A stretch of DNA of 64,000 nt from an uncultured Clostridia bacterium (GCA_905235785.1 CAJOMP010000004.1:18761-82760), one strand, 5' to 3'; positions 37,799 to 49,384 are shown, counted from the first letter of the stretch. The notes: a model not told the origin generated them from the letters alone. Numbers and translations: made by a program.

Positions 37799-38272
37799 AT
37801 GGAAATAAGAAAATTTAAGGATACCGATTACGAATATATCAAGAACAGTTGGATAAATACGGATAGATTGCGGGGAATAGAATTTCCCGCAGATTACGAC
37901 GAGTATATTGCTTTAACGGAAAAATGGAATAGTGGGAAATATAATGGTAAATATTTTGACCAATTCGTGATTTCCGATGGAAGCGAATTAACAGGCGTCG
38001 CTTCGCTTTACGAGCAAACGGAAAATTCCGCAAGCATAGGGGTAATTATAGACAAAAATCATTACAGAAAAGGTTATTGCTCGTTTGCTTGTAACGAACT
38101 TGTAAAGTTAGCGAAAGACCGTGGTTTTGATACAATTTGTGCGGGTGTTGCAGAAAACAATTTGCCAAGTTTAGAGTTTTGTAAAAAATTCGGGTTTACA
38201 GAAGTCGGAAGAATAGTCAACACCAAGGGCAGAAAGCAGGTACAATTCGTTAAAAAAATCAATAAAGATTAA
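37799..38272 (+). CDS. GNAT-family N-acetyltransferase
   Basis: 157 aa. ...IGVIIDKNHYRKGYCSFACNELVKLAKDRGFD...NNLPSLEFCKKFGFTEVG is a RimJ/RimL-like acetyl-CoA binding core. Confidence 0.85.
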   Translation: MEIRKFKDTDYEYIKNSWINTDRLRGIEFPADYDEYIALTEKWNSGKYNGKYFDQFVISDGSELTGVASLYEQTENSASIGVIIDKNHYRKGYCSFACNELVKLAKDRGFDTICAGVAENNLPSLEFCKKFGFTEVGRIVNTKGRKQVQFVKKINKD

Positions 38273-38337
38273 ATAAATTCATTTTGTTTTATTATTTCCT
38301 TTTGTATTTTAAAAAATTGTGGTAAAATAGATTTACT

Positions 38338-39978
38338 ATGATTAAAGAACTTCCCGAAGCGAATAATTTTATCGAACAAATAATAAACGACGAATTGTCG
38401 AGCGGAAAAGTCAACTGCGTTCAGACGCGTTTTCCGCCCGAACCTAACGGTTACCTTCACATAGGGCACGCGAAGTCTTTGTGCCTTAATTTCGGCGTTA
38501 AGGAAAAATACGACGGCAAGTGCAATCTTTTTTTGGACGACACTAACCCGTCGAAGGAAAAGGAAGAATACGAAGAAGCGATAAAAAAAGATATCGAGTG
38601 GCTCGGTTTTTCCTACGATAAAGTAACGCACGCGTCGGATTTTTACGATAAAATTTACGAGTTTGCGGAAAAGGAAATAATGCTGGGCAACGCGTTCGTT
38701 TGCGATATGACACCCGAAGAAATTTCCGCTAACCGCGGCACGCTTACGGAAACGGGCAAGGAAAGCCCTTACCGTAACCGCAGTATAGAAGAAAATCTTA
38801 AACTCTTCCGCGAAATGAAGGCGGGCTTATATCCCGACGGGAGCAAGTGTTTGCGCGCCAAGATAGATATGGCGAGCCCGAACATCAATATGCGCGACCC
38901 CGTTATTTACAGAATTCTGCGCGAAACGCATTACCGCACGGGCGACAAGTGGTGCATATATCCTATGTACGACTTCGCGCACCCGATATGCGACTATTTG
39001 CAAGGGGTAACGCACTCTTTGTGCACGTTGGAATTTGAAGACCACCGCCCGCTTTACGACTGGGTGGGTATAACTCTCGGCTTTAATCCCAAGCCCCGCC
39101 AGATAGAATTTGCGCGGCTAAACGTAACTAACCTTGTAATGAGCAAGCGGTATCTTAAAAAACTCGTGGAAGAAGGCAAAGTGGACGGGTGGGACGACCC
39201 GCGTATGCCGACGTTGACGGGACTTCGTAACCGCGGCGTGCCGGCGGAAGCCTTAAAAGATTTCTGCGCGAGAATAGGCATCGCTAAATCTAATTCCGAA
39301 GTGCAGATTTCCTATTTAGAGGCGTGTATAAGGGAATACTTAAACGCCAACGCCGAGCGGGCTATGGGCGTATTAAAACCATTAAAACTTACGATAACCA
39401 ACTATCCCGACGGACAGAGCGAAGAAGTGGATTTCGAAATTAACCCGAACGAAGAGATTAAGAGAACGAGAAAGATAACTTTCTCGAAACACGTATATAT
39501 AGACGCGGACGACTTTTCGCTTGACCCGCCGCCCAAATATTTCCGTCTTAAAAAGGACGGCTACGTGCGCTTGAAGTCCGCGTATATTGTAAAGTGCGAC
39601 GACGTGATTTTAGACGAAAACGGCGAGCCGACGGAAATTCTCTGTTCCTATATTCCGCAGTCGAAGAGCGGCAACGACACTTCGGGGATAAAGGTAAAAG
39701 GCGTTATTCAATGGGTTAACGAACAGGATTGCACAGATATCGAGATACGAAAGTACGGGTATCTGTTGCGCGACGAAGAATACGCCGGTCAGGACTTTTC
39801 CGAGCGTATGAATACGGACAGCGTTAAAATATATAACGGAAAGGTTGAGCCTTACGTTACCCGTAACGGCGACATGCCGTATCAACTTTTGCGAACGGGG
39901 TACTTTAAACTTTTAAGCGTTAAAGGCAAAACCGTTTTAAGCGAAATAGTCTCTTTAAAAGACAATTTCAATAAGTAG
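38338..39978 (+). CDS. glnS: Glutamine--tRNA ligase
   Basis: HIGH motif PNGYLHIGHAKS, KMSKS variant VMSKR, GlnRS-type C-terminal anticodon-binding domain. 546 aa. Confidence 0.93.
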   Translation: MIKELPEANNFIEQIINDELSSGKVNCVQTRFPPEPNGYLHIGHAKSLCLNFGVKEKYDGKCNLFLDDTNPSKEKEEYEEAIKKDIEWLGFSYDKVTHASDFYDKIYEFAEKEIMLGNAFVCDMTPEEISANRGTLTETGKESPYRNRSIEENLKLFREMKAGLYPDGSKCLRAKIDMASPNINMRDPVIYRILRETHYRTGDKWCIYPMYDFAHPICDYLQGVTHSLCTLEFEDHRPLYDWVGITLGFNPKPRQIEFARLNVTNLVMSKRYLKKLVEEGKVDGWDDPRMPTLTGLRNRGVPAEALKDFCARIGIAKSNSEVQISYLEACIREYLNANAERAMGVLKPLKLTITNYPDGQSEEVDFEINPNEEIKRTRKITFSKHVYIDADDFSLDPPPKYFRLKKDGYVRLKSAYIVKCDDVILDENGEPTEILCSYIPQSKSGNDTSGIKVKGVIQWVNEQDCTDIEIRKYGYLLRDEEYAGQDFSERMNTDSVKIYNGKVEPYVTRNGDMPYQLLRTGYFKLLSVKGKTVLSEIVSLKDNFNK

Positions 39979-39993
39979 CCTAAAAACCGAACA

Positions 39994-40020
39994 CCGCCGC
40001 GACGCAAAGCGTCGCGGCGG
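39994..40020. terminator. GC-rich hairpin between convergent glnS and the PP-loop gene
   Basis: ccgccgcgacgc / gcgtcgcggcgg forms a 12-bp stem. Confidence 0.6.
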
Positions 40021-40059
40021 CTGTAAACAACGATATATAACGGCTAAAAAATACGGGAT

Positions 40060-40806
40060 TTATAAAATTTCGTCGATTTCTTTTCGGAATTTATCGAAAA
40101 GGTTGTACCTTTCGGGGTGCGTTATCGCGGTGTAAGCCATTTCCCTTACGTTAGGTATATCATTTGCAATCTTGCGTAAAAGTTCTTTGGCATATTCCCG
40201 CTTGGTATTTTTATTAGCGGGGCAGGGACTTTTAACTATCGGTAAATCCTTCGCATAACCCGCGATATCCGCTTCTTTTGCCATAATCAGCGGGCGGATA
40301 AGCGTTAAACCCGTGCGGTCAAGATAACTTTTCGGGGCAAATGTTGACAATCTCCCTTCGTAGAAAAGTGAAAGTAAAAACGTGTCGGTCAAATCGTCCG
40401 AGTGATGCCCCAAAGCCACTTTGTTGCAACCGTTTTTCACCGCCACGTCGTACAGCGCGCCCTTTCTCATTTTGGAACACAGCGCGCAAGGGTTTTTCTC
40501 TTTTCTTACGTCGAATACGATTTTGCCTATATCCGTCTTTTCAACGATATACGGCACGGACAAATCGTCGCAGAACTTTTTAAGGGCGTTAAAATCGGTT
40601 TTCGCGCCCGTAAAGTCAAGGTCGACGGAAATCGCTAACAGATCGAACTTTTCGGGCGAAAATCTGCGGTACTCTGAAAGAAGTTTTAATAGTGTTACGG
40701 AATCTTTGCCGCCCGAAACGCCGACCGCAATCTTATCGCCGTCTTTTATCATTTTGTATTCGGTTACGCCTTTGCGCATAACCGACAGCATTTTTTGAGT
40801 AGTCAT
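40060..40806 (-). CDS. PP-loop ATPase, TtcA-like tRNA thiolation enzyme
   Basis: PP-loop VGVSGGKDS, CALCSKMRKG and a C-terminal CP motif. 248 aa. Confidence 0.75.
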   Translation of the reverse strand: MTTQKMLSVMRKGVTEYKMIKDGDKIAVGVSGGKDSVTLLKLLSEYRRFSPEKFDLLAISVDLDFTGAKTDFNALKKFCDDLSVPYIVEKTDIGKIVFDVRKEKNPCALCSKMRKGALYDVAVKNGCNKVALGHHSDDLTDTFLLSLFYEGRLSTFAPKSYLDRTGLTLIRPLIMAKEADIAGYAKDLPIVKSPCPANKNTKREYAKELLRKIANDIPNVREMAYTAITHPERYNLFDKFRKEIDEIL

Positions 40807-40858
40807 AGAAATATTTTACATTAAGCGAGCAAAAAACACAATTCATTTTAAGGTAAAT

Positions 40859-41494
40859 ATGGTAGAGTTTATTCAAAATCTTATCGGAAACGACAAAATC
40901 GCGACGCTTATAATGTCTTTTATTCCGCTTATCGAACTTAAAGGCGGCATCATTTTTGCGCGCGGCGCGTCCCTTAACTTTTTAGAAAGTTTCGGTTTGG
41001 CGTATATAGGTTCTACGGTAGCCTTTATTCCCGTGTTCTTTTTGCTCGTTCCGATACTTAATCTGCTTAAAAAATTGAAGTGGTTTGCGGCGTTTGCCGA
41101 TAAAATAGAAACTTATTTTAAAGATAAAGCGAACGGCGCTCTTATTAAAGCCGAAAAAAGCGGCAAAAAAGCGCGTTCGGAAAAATTTTATAAAATGCTC
41201 GGCACGTTTATTTTCGTGGCGATACCCCTGCCTATGACGGGGGTGTGGACGGGTACTGCCGTCGCGGTGTTTTTAAATCTTAAATTTAAAGACGCGATCT
41301 TGCCCGTATTTATCGGCAATTTTGTCGCGGGGGCTATAATTTCCGTTTTAGCGGAAATAATCCTTGCGTTGTCGGCAAGCCTTGTTGTTCTAGATTACGT
41401 TTTATACGGGTTGTTAGCGCTCGCGGCGGTGTTGCTTGTAATCGTTATCGTTAAAATTTTACGGAAGAAAAAAATCACGGCGGAAGAAAAATGA
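40859..41494 (+). CDS. COG2426 / small multidrug export-like membrane protein
   Basis: IPLIELKGGIIFA... and IPLPMTGVWTGTAVA motifs. Confidence 0.7.
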   Translation: MVEFIQNLIGNDKIATLIMSFIPLIELKGGIIFARGASLNFLESFGLAYIGSTVAFIPVFFLLVPILNLLKKLKWFAAFADKIETYFKDKANGALIKAEKSGKKARSEKFYKMLGTFIFVAIPLPMTGVWTGTAVAVFLNLKFKDAILPVFIGNFVAGAIISVLAEIILALSASLVVLDYVLYGLLALAAVLLVIVIVKILRKKKITAEEK

Positions 41495-42321
41495 GTTTTT
41501 TCAAATGGTTAAAAATATTCGGCAAAAAGCCCGAACCGGAGTTTAAGTTGGGGCTTGCCTTGGGGTCGGGCGGGGCGAAAGGCTACGCCGAACTCGGCGC
41601 GCTTTACGCTTTCGAGCAAAACGGCATAGAATTCGATATGGTCGCGGGGACGAGCATAGGCAGTATTATGGGCGCGTTTTATGCGGCGGGATATTCCGTG
41701 ACCGATTGCATAGAACTGATGAAAAACATCGACGTGTCCGAAATCAAAAACCTGTTTATGATAAAAATGGATACGCTCGGACTTTTCACGGTAATAGACC
41801 GCACTATCGGCAATCTCAATATCGAAGAACTTAAAAAGCCTTTCCGCGCGGTGGCGACCGACCTCGAAACGGGCAAGGAATACGTTTTTGAAAGCGGCAG
41901 CGTTGCGCAGGCGCTATGCGCGTCTTCCGCTTATCCGCCTTTTTTTAAACCCGTTATCGTAGACGGCAAACAACTTATAGACGGGGCGTTTACTAATTCC
42001 GTTCCGGCGGATTTAGTCAGAGAAATGGGCGCGGATTATATAGTCGGTATAGACCTTTCTTCGCACGTTAAGGGCGGCGGGGGACTGTTATCCGTTATTT
42101 TTCCGGAATTCAAAGGCGGCGCGGAAGAGCCGTGGAAGAAAGGCTACGATAATTCGGATTTTATGTTGCATCCGAACCTTGCGGCATATAAATCCGTGTC
42201 GTTTTCCGCCGCGAACGAAATGTTTGACATAGGTTACGCTTGCGCATCCGAACATATGTCCGAAATAAAGTCGGGCATTATCGCCGCAAAAACGAAAAAG
42301 GGTATAAAAATAAAGAAATGA
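41491..42321 (+). CDS. Patatin-like phospholipase
   Basis: Oxyanion GSGGAKG, nucleophile elbow GTSIGS, catalytic Asp in IDGAF. ATGA overlap with the upstream gene. Confidence 0.88.
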   Translation: MSFFKWLKIFGKKPEPEFKLGLALGSGGAKGYAELGALYAFEQNGIEFDMVAGTSIGSIMGAFYAAGYSVTDCIELMKNIDVSEIKNLFMIKMDTLGLFTVIDRTIGNLNIEELKKPFRAVATDLETGKEYVFESGSVAQALCASSAYPPFFKPVIVDGKQLIDGAFTNSVPADLVREMGADYIVGIDLSSHVKGGGGLLSVIFPEFKGGAEEPWKKGYDNSDFMLHPNLAAYKSVSFSAANEMFDIGYACASEHMSEIKSGIIAAKTKKGIKIKK

Positions 42322-43367
42322 ACATTTCGTTGACGCGGCTTAAACGGATAGCGTTAAAATCGGTTGCGATACTGATTGCAATCATCTTCGTTTGTCTTAT
42401 ATGCGCGTGCGATAATGTTTACGGCAATCCGATTTATACGGGCGGCGAGTATAAGGACACTTTTGAAGTTTACGATTGTTTTTCGGTAAACTTTCTCGAC
42501 GTAGGCGAAGGCGACGCCGTTTTTATCAACTTTGCCGACGGCAAAACTATGCTGATAGACAGCGGCGAGAAAAACGATTTAAACCTTAAAACCTTGCGGC
42601 GTTATATAGACGCTTACGCGAAAGACGGGCTCGACTATCTTCTTTTAACGCACCCCGACAGCGACCATACGGGCAACGCCGAAACCATCTTGGAAAACTA
42701 TACGGTAGACACGGCGTTTATTCCCGATTTATTGCAACCTGAAAATTTTGAAACGTATTATTCCGCTTATTCGTTGCTTAAAGAAAGCGAGAAAAGCGGG
42801 AAAACGAAAATAGTATATTCCGCGACGGGCAATACCGTCGTCGGCGAAGATTATTGCCTTATCTTTTTATCGCCGAACGCAAAAGGAACGAAATTCAGCG
42901 CGTACGACAAGGTTAATTCGTCGATAGAACCGAACGCGGACGACATAAACGACCTTTCGCCGATAATCTATCTCGAATATAAGGGCGTAAGGTTTATATT
43001 TACGGGCGACGCGGGCTTTTCGCAGGAAGAAGTCGCGCTCGATAACGTGGATACGGGCATAATAAACAGATATCTTAAAAGGAAACAGAAGTCCGAAATC
43101 GATCTTACGGACGTGGATTTTTTGAAGGTTGCGCATCACGGCGCGGCGGACGCGAGCGGCGATAAGTTTTTAATGCGCCTTACGCCGAAAAACGCGGTTA
43201 TTTCCGTCGGCGGAAATAATATATACGGACATCCGAGACAAGAAACGCTTAATAGAATACTCGCCGCAAACGAAAACTGTAATTTTTATCTGACGAGCGA
43301 AAAGGGAAACGTTTCGGTGCTCGTCGCGAACTACGGCGAGTTTACGGTAAAGACCGACGCCGCGTAA
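42318..43367 (+). CDS. Lipoprotein with a ComEC/Rec2-type metallo-beta-lactamase domain only
   Basis: Start at MNISLTR (ATGA overlap with the patatin stop). Lipobox LICAC. MBL motifs FLDVGEGDA, LLTHPDSDHTGN, FTGDAG, KVAHHG. No competence channel domain. Confidence 0.75.
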   Translation: MNISLTRLKRIALKSVAILIAIIFVCLICACDNVYGNPIYTGGEYKDTFEVYDCFSVNFLDVGEGDAVFINFADGKTMLIDSGEKNDLNLKTLRRYIDAYAKDGLDYLLLTHPDSDHTGNAETILENYTVDTAFIPDLLQPENFETYYSAYSLLKESEKSGKTKIVYSATGNTVVGEDYCLIFLSPNAKGTKFSAYDKVNSSIEPNADDINDLSPIIYLEYKGVRFIFTGDAGFSQEEVALDNVDTGIINRYLKRKQKSEIDLTDVDFLKVAHHGAADASGDKFLMRLTPKNAVISVGGNNIYGHPRQETLNRILAANENCNFYLTSEKGNVSVLVANYGEFTVKTDAA

Positions 43368-43385
43368 AAAATATAAACTGATAAA

Positions 43386-45347
43386 ATGGAAAAGAGAAAT
43401 TTCGAGTTAAAATCAAAATTCAAGCCGACGGGCGACCAGCCGCAGGCGATAAAACTTTTGACCGAAGGGTTAAGCGACGGACTTCGCACGCAGGTGCTTT
43501 TGGGGGTTACGGGTTCGGGCAAGACGTTTACCATGGCGAACGTCATTGCGAACGTCAATCGTCCCGCTCTCGTTATCGCGCACAATAAAACGCTCGCCGC
43601 GCAACTTTGCAACGAGTTTCGCGCCTTTTTCCCGAATAACAGGGTAGAATTTTTTGTGTCGTATTATGACTATTATCAACCGGAAGCGTATATTCCGAGT
43701 ACCGATACCTATATAGAAAAGGATCTTGCGATAAACGACGAAATAGATAAACTTCGGCACTCTGCGACCTGTTCGCTCGCGGAACGGTCGGATACCATCG
43801 TCGTCGCGTCCGTTTCGTGTATATACGGGCTCGGCGCGCCCGAAGAGTATTACCGCCTTGCCGTGTCCATAAGACCCGACGACGATATGGGGCGCGACGA
43901 ACTTATGCGTAAACTCGTCGGCATACAGTATTCGCGGAACGATATCGATTTTTCGCGTTCGTCTTTCCGCGCGCGCGGCGATACGGTGGATATTTTCCCT
44001 TCCGCAAATACCGAGATATTTATACGTGTGGAATTTTTCGGCGATACCGTGGACAGAATTTCCGAAGTGGAATTCGTGTCGGGCAAAGTCGTTTCGGAAT
44101 TAAAGCACGCGGTCATATTCCCCGCAAGCCATTACGCGGTGGGAACGGATAAACTCGATAGCGCGCTTTTTGCGATCGAGCGCGACAAAGAAGACGAAGT
44201 GCGCATATTCCGCGAAAACGGTAAACTCATAGAAGCGCAGCGTTTAGAACAGCGCACGAATTACGACGTCGAAATGATAAAAGAGATAGGCTTTTGTAAG
44301 GGGATAGAAAATTACAGCCGCTATTTCGACGGCAGAAGCGTCGGCGAACCGCCGTTTACTCTGCTCGATTATTTTCCGAAAGATTTTATAGTGTTTATCG
44401 ACGAATCGCATATGACTATTCCGCAGATAGGCGCTATGTATAACGGCGACAGGTCGAGAAAAACAAGTCTTGTGGAATACGGCTTTCGGCTTCGCTCCGC
44501 GTTCGATAACCGCCCGCTTACCTTTAACGAGTTTGACGAACGGGTAGGGCAAATGATATGCGTTTCCGCTACCCCCGCGCCGTACGAGAGAGAACAGGCG
44601 GGGCAGATAGTAGAGCAACTTATTCGCCCGACGGGACTGCTTGACCCCGAAATTACCGTTCGCCCCACAAAAAACCAAATAGACGATTTACTCGTTGAAA
44701 TACACAAAACCGTAAACGCGGGCGGCAGGATACTCATTACCGCGCTTACCAAAAAAATGGCGGAAAGTCTTTCGGAATATTTAAAAGAACACGGCGTAAA
44801 AGTGCGGTATATGCACAGCGACATAGACACGATGGAACGCATCGAAATAGTGGACGGCTTGCGTTCGGGCGAGTTCGACGTGCTGTGCGGCATCAACCTT
44901 TTGCGCGAAGGGTTAGATCTTCCCGAAGTTAAACTCGTCGCTATTTTGGACGCCGACAAAGAAGGCTTTTTACGCAGCGACACGGCGCTTATTCAGACGG
45001 TGGGGCGCGCGGCGCGCAACGCGGAAGGCAGGGTCATAATGTACGCGGACGTAATAACGGGCAGTATGCGCCGCGCGATAGACGAAACCGAGCGCCGCCG
45101 CAGTATTCAGGACGAGTACAACAAATCTCACGGCATAATTCCCAAAACCATAGTGAAAGACGTCGTCAACACGCTTGAAATCACCAAGAAAGCGGACAGG
45201 ACGAAGGATATAAAGAAAGGCGATATTCCCGCCGAGATAGAAAAATTAAAAGCGCTTATGAAAATAGCGTCTAATAATCTTGACTTTGAAAAGTGCATAG
45301 AAATACGCGACACAATAGCGAAACTGAAACTTAAAATGCGAAAATAA
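43386..45347 (+). CDS. uvrB: Excinuclease ABC subunit B
   Basis: [17 protein letters not shown] domain at the C-terminus. 653 aa. Confidence 0.98.
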   Translation: MEKRNFELKSKFKPTGDQPQAIKLLTEGLSDGLRTQVLLGVTGSGKTFTMANVIANVNRPALVIAHNKTLAAQLCNEFRAFFPNNRVEFFVSYYDYYQPEAYIPSTDTYIEKDLAINDEIDKLRHSATCSLAERSDTIVVASVSCIYGLGAPEEYYRLAVSIRPDDDMGRDELMRKLVGIQYSRNDIDFSRSSFRARGDTVDIFPSANTEIFIRVEFFGDTVDRISEVEFVSGKVVSELKHAVIFPASHYAVGTDKLDSALFAIERDKEDEVRIFRENGKLIEAQRLEQRTNYDVEMIKEIGFCKGIENYSRYFDGRSVGEPPFTLLDYFPKDFIVFIDESHMTIPQIGAMYNGDRSRKTSLVEYGFRLRSAFDNRPLTFNEFDERVGQMICVSATPAPYEREQAGQIVEQLIRPTGLLDPEITVRPTKNQIDDLLVEIHKTVNAGGRILITALTKKMAESLSEYLKEHGVKVRYMHSDIDTMERIEIVDGLRSGEFDVLCGINLLREGLDLPEVKLVAILDADKEGFLRSDTALIQTVGRAARNAEGRVIMYADVITGSMRRAIDETERRRSIQDEYNKSHGIIPKTIVKDVVNTLEITKKADRTKDIKKGDIPAEIEKLKALMKIASNNLDFEKCIEIRDTIAKLKLKMRK

Positions 45348-45360
45348 CGGGGCTTATACT

Positions 45361-48183
45361 ATGAAAGAATTTCTTACTGTAAAAGGGGCGCGAGCCAACA
45401 ACTTAAAGAATATATCGGTGCAGATCCCGCGCGATAAACTCGTGGTATTTACGGGGCTTTCGGGCAGCGGGAAATCTACTTTGGCGTTTGAAACCATTTA
45501 CGCGGAAGGGCAAAGGCGGTACGTGGAAAGCCTTTCGAGTTACGCGCGTATGTTTTTGGGGCAGATGGAAAAACCCGACGTTGACTTAATAGACGGATTA
45601 TCGCCCGCCATTTCGATAGACCAAAAAACGACTTCGCACAATCCCCGCTCCACGGTAGGTACGGTTACGGAAATTTACGATTATTTCCGCTTGCTTTTCG
45701 CGCGGGTCGGCGAGCCGCATTGTCCTAATTGCGGGAGAAAAATAGAAAAACAGACGGTCGACAATATTGTCGACGCGGTGCTTAAATATCCCGATGGTAC
45801 TAAAATTTTAGTAAACGCGCCCGTCGTACGCGGCAAAAAAGGCGAATACAAAAAGGAACTTGACGGGTACAAAAAGAGCGGCTTTGCCCGCGTTGAAATT
45901 GACGGCATAGTTTATTCTTTGGACGAAGAGATAACTCTTGAAAAGAATATAAAGCACAACATATCGGTAGTTATCGACAGGCTTGTTGTCAAACAAGGTA
46001 TGGAAAAGCGGCTTTCTGACAGTATCGAAACGGCGGTAAAACTTACGGGCGGCACGGTAAATATCGAGACGGTCGGCGGGGAAAGCAAACTTTATTCCAC
46101 AAAATACTCCTGCCCCGATTGCGGCACTAATATCGAAGAGATAGAGCCGCGGCTGTTTTCGTTCAACAATCCTTTCGGCGCGTGTCCTGTTTGCCACGGT
46201 CTCGGTTTTTGTCAGGGCGTAGACGAAAAACTCGTGGTCAAAGACCCGAATTTAACTCTCCGTCAGGGCGCAATGACGGTTACGGGCTGGAATATCGGCG
46301 AAGGCAAGATGGCGGAAATGAGTTTTTCTTCGCTTGCCGCGCATTACGGGTTCAGCCTTGACGTGCCCGTTAAGGACTTGCCGAAAGACGTTTACAATAT
46401 TTTATTATACGGTAGCGGCAACGAAAAAATCCGTATGGATTATAAAACCAAAACTTTCACCACGAGTTATGACGCGCGTTGGGAAGGCATTATCCCGAAT
46501 TTAGAGCGGCGTTACCGCGAAACAACCAGCGACTACACAAAAGCGGAAATAGAACGCTATATGTCTTTTTCCGATTGCCCCGTCTGCCACGGCAAACGGC
46601 TTAAAAAAGAAGCCCTTTCCGTCTATATAGGCGGCAAAAATATTTCCGAACTCACCGATATGTCGGTATCAGACCTTTTGGATTTTGTAAACGGACTTTC
46701 TTTCGGCGAAACGGACAGTCTTATCGCCGCGCCTATCTTAAAAGAAATAAGGGCAAGACTTAATTTCCTTAAAGACGTGGGGCTTTCTTATCTCACGCTG
46801 TCGCGTAGCGCGGTAAGTTTATCGGGCGGCGAAGCGCAGAGAATAAGGCTTGCCACCCAGATAGGCAGCGGGCTTACGGGGGTACTATATATACTCGACG
46901 AGCCGAGCATAGGTTTACATCAAAGGGATAACGAAAAACTGATAGCGACGTTAAAAAAACTGCGGGATATAGGCAATACGCTTATCGTTGTCGAACACGA
47001 CGAAGACACTATGCGCGCCGCGGATTATATCGTGGATATCGGGCCGAAGGCGGGCGTTCACGGCGGCGAAGTGGTGGCGACGGGAAGTATTGAAGATATA
47101 ATGGCAGAGCCGCGTTCCGTTACGGGCGACTACCTTGCGGGCAGGCGTAAAATCGAAGTGCCCGCAACGCGGAATTTGCCCGACGGCAGATGGCTTAACG
47201 TTATCGGCGCTAAACAAAACAATTTAAAAGACATAACGGTTAAATTTCCGATAGGCTTAATTACCGCGGTAACGGGCGTTTCCGGTTCGGGCAAAAGTTC
47301 TTTGGTGAACGAAATTTTGTATCCCGCGCTTGCGGCAAAGTTAAACGGCGCGCGGATGCGTTCGGGTAACGCGGACGAGATACAGGGGATAGAATATCTC
47401 GACAAAGTTATCGCTATCGACCAGTCGCCGATAGGAAAGACCCCGCGCAGTAATCCCGCAACCTATACGGGCGTATTTTCGGCTATCCGCGACCTGTTCG
47501 CCGCTACTCCCGACGCAAAGGAGCGCGGGTATAAGTCGGGCAGATTTTCTTTCAACGTTTCGGGCGGAAGATGCGAACATTGCGAAGGCGACGGCATTAT
47601 CAAGATAGAAATGCAGTTTTTGCCCGATATGTTCGTCCCCTGCGAAGTATGCGGCGGAAAACGTTATAACAGAGAAACTTTAAGCGTAAAGTATAAGGGC
47701 AAAAACATAAGCGACGTCTTAGAGATGACTGTCGACGAAGCGTGCGATTTTTTCAAAAATCTCGGCGGAATATATAATAAGATAAAGACGTTGCAAGACG
47801 TAGGCTTAGGGTATATCAAACTCGGTCAATCGTCTACCACGCTTTCGGGCGGCGAAGCGCAAAGGGTCAAACTCGCCACCGAACTCTCGAAAAGGAGCAC
47901 GGGTAAAACCCTGTATATTTTAGACGAACCGACGACGGGACTTCACTCTTACGACGTGGAAAAATTGTGCGGCATATTAAAGCGCTTGCAGGCGGCGGGT
48001 AATACGGTTATCGTAATAGAACACAATCTCGACGTAATAAAACTTGCGGACTATATCGTGGATTTAGGACCCGAAGGCGGTAGCGGCGGCGGCACGGTAG
48101 TTGCCACCGGCACTCCCGAAGAAATAGCGGAAGTAAAGGGAAGTTATACGGGGCAGTTCTTAAAAAGAATTTTGAAAAAATAA
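45361..48183 (+). CDS. uvrA: Excinuclease ABC subunit A
   Basis: Two ABC modules ([26 protein letters not shown] twice) and zinc fingers. 940 aa. Confidence 0.98.
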   Translation: MKEFLTVKGARANNLKNISVQIPRDKLVVFTGLSGSGKSTLAFETIYAEGQRRYVESLSSYARMFLGQMEKPDVDLIDGLSPAISIDQKTTSHNPRSTVGTVTEIYDYFRLLFARVGEPHCPNCGRKIEKQTVDNIVDAVLKYPDGTKILVNAPVVRGKKGEYKKELDGYKKSGFARVEIDGIVYSLDEEITLEKNIKHNISVVIDRLVVKQGMEKRLSDSIETAVKLTGGTVNIETVGGESKLYSTKYSCPDCGTNIEEIEPRLFSFNNPFGACPVCHGLGFCQGVDEKLVVKDPNLTLRQGAMTVTGWNIGEGKMAEMSFSSLAAHYGFSLDVPVKDLPKDVYNILLYGSGNEKIRMDYKTKTFTTSYDARWEGIIPNLERRYRETTSDYTKAEIERYMSFSDCPVCHGKRLKKEALSVYIGGKNISELTDMSVSDLLDFVNGLSFGETDSLIAAPILKEIRARLNFLKDVGLSYLTLSRSAVSLSGGEAQRIRLATQIGSGLTGVLYILDEPSIGLHQRDNEKLIATLKKLRDIGNTLIVVEHDEDTMRAADYIVDIGPKAGVHGGEVVATGSIEDIMAEPRSVTGDYLAGRRKIEVPATRNLPDGRWLNVIGAKQNNLKDITVKFPIGLITAVTGVSGSGKSSLVNEILYPALAAKLNGARMRSGNADEIQGIEYLDKVIAIDQSPIGKTPRSNPATYTGVFSAIRDLFAATPDAKERGYKSGRFSFNVSGGRCEHCEGDGIIKIEMQFLPDMFVPCEVCGGKRYNRETLSVKYKGKNISDVLEMTVDEACDFFKNLGGIYNKIKTLQDVGLGYIKLGQSSTTLSGGEAQRVKLATELSKRSTGKTLYILDEPTTGLHSYDVEKLCGILKRLQAAGNTVIVIEHNLDVIKLADYIVDLGPEGGSGGGTVVATGTPEEIAEVKGSYTGQFLKRILKK

Positions 48184-48362
48184 AAACAAATATATTATAT
48201 TTTAAAAGTTTATTGAAAGGCGGTACGGCGCGCATCGTAAATTCTGACCGATGGTTCAATCGGTTGTCGGCGGAAGTTTGCTCTCGGCGCGAACGCGGCA
48301 AACGTCGCTCCTAAAAAACGCGGTTTTCTCAAAAGACTTTTAGGCGCTTTAAGGTAAAAAGT

Positions 48363-48414
48363 ATTTCAACTCTACCGCTTTGAGTTATCTTTCGCAAGGC
48401 GGAAGAGTTGAAAT
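48363..48414. other. Long imperfect hairpin in the uvrA-ZIP intergenic region
   Basis: atttcaactctaccgc / gcggaagagttgaaat forms 16 bp with 1 mismatch and a 20-nt loop. The T-run (acttttta) is on the minus-strand side only. Confidence 0.5.
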
Positions 48415-48508
48415 TTCATAACAATTTCACAATATATAAGCGTTACCTTTATGTCGGCTGAATACATATACATATAATAAATTGTTTGCTTGATTTAACG
48501 GTGTTTAT

Positions 48509-49297
48509 ATGTATAATGTTTTACTTACGATATTCGGGTTCGCGCTGATTTTTGCGGCAACAACGCTCGGCGCGGCGCTTGTGTTCTTTTTTAAAAAAGA
48601 AATTTCAAATAAAACGAACGTTCTGTTTTTGGGTTTCGCGTCCGGAATTATGATTGCGGCGTCAATCTGGTCGCTCATTATTCCTTCCATAGAAGGTGCG
48701 GGCGATTACGGCAGTTGGAATTTTGTGCCCGCTGTCGTCGGATTTCTTTTAGGCGGACTTTTTTTCGTGTTTTTGGATAAAGTCGCGCCGCAATTGTATG
48801 CGGGCGGTAATAATCAAGAAGACTTTAAATCCGACATTAAAAAACCCGTCAAAATGTTTATCGCTATGACTATACATAATATTCCGGAAGGGCTTGCGGT
48901 GGGATTTGCGTTCGGCGCGGCGGCGGCATACGGAACGCAGTCCGCAACGCTTTCCGCGTTGGGGCTTGCCGTAGGTATCGCCATACAGAATTTTCCCGAA
49001 GGCGCGGCGGTTTCCTTGCCGCTACAAAGGGCTACGGGCAGTAAGAGCAAATCTTTTCTTTTCGGCATGGCGAGCGGCGCGGTCGAACCCGTAGCGGCGG
49101 TAATAGGATATTTTCTCGCGTCGTCTTTGATTAAAGCGCAACCGTGGCTTTTATCGTTCGCCGCAGGCGCTATGATATTCGTCGTCGCCGAAGACCTTAT
49201 CCCCGAAGCGAAAACCGACAATAATTCCCATCTCGGCACTTGGGGGGTGATGTTCGGCTTTGCGATAATGATGGCGCTTGACGTTGCCTTGGGGTAA
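48509..49297 (+). CDS. ZIP-family divalent metal transporter (ZupT-like)
   Basis: HNIPEGLAVG and QNFPEGAAVS motifs, about 8 TM helices. Confidence 0.88.
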   Translation: MYNVLLTIFGFALIFAATTLGAALVFFFKKEISNKTNVLFLGFASGIMIAASIWSLIIPSIEGAGDYGSWNFVPAVVGFLLGGLFFVFLDKVAPQLYAGGNNQEDFKSDIKKPVKMFIAMTIHNIPEGLAVGFAFGAAAAYGTQSATLSALGLAVGIAIQNFPEGAAVSLPLQRATGSKSKSFLFGMASGAVEPVAAVIGYFLASSLIKAQPWLLSFAAGAMIFVVAEDLIPEAKTDNNSHLGTWGVMFGFAIMMALDVALG

Positions 49298-49342
49298 TTC
49301 GGGGAAAGGTAAAGATTACGGCGACGGGTCGCGTTAAAACGT

Positions 49343-49371
49343 TTGACAATGTTTTGCCGCTGTGATACAAT
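49343..49371 (+). promoter_or_regulatory. pyr operon sigma-A promoter
   Basis: TTGACA-17 nt-TACAAT with an extended TG. Confidence 0.65.
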
Positions 49372-49384
49372 ACATAAAATAAAA

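Noticed and set aside
48225-48262. Possible Zur box (atcgtaaattctgaccgat) in front of the ZIP transporter.
   Set aside because: Only the outer 4 nt are palindromic. It is a poor match to TCGTAAT-N-ATTACGA and lies ~250 nt from the start codon.
48247-48264. tRNA-like T-arm (accgat-GGTTCA-atcggt).
   Set aside because: The loop has 6 nt instead of 7. No acceptor, D or anticodon arms can be drawn around it.
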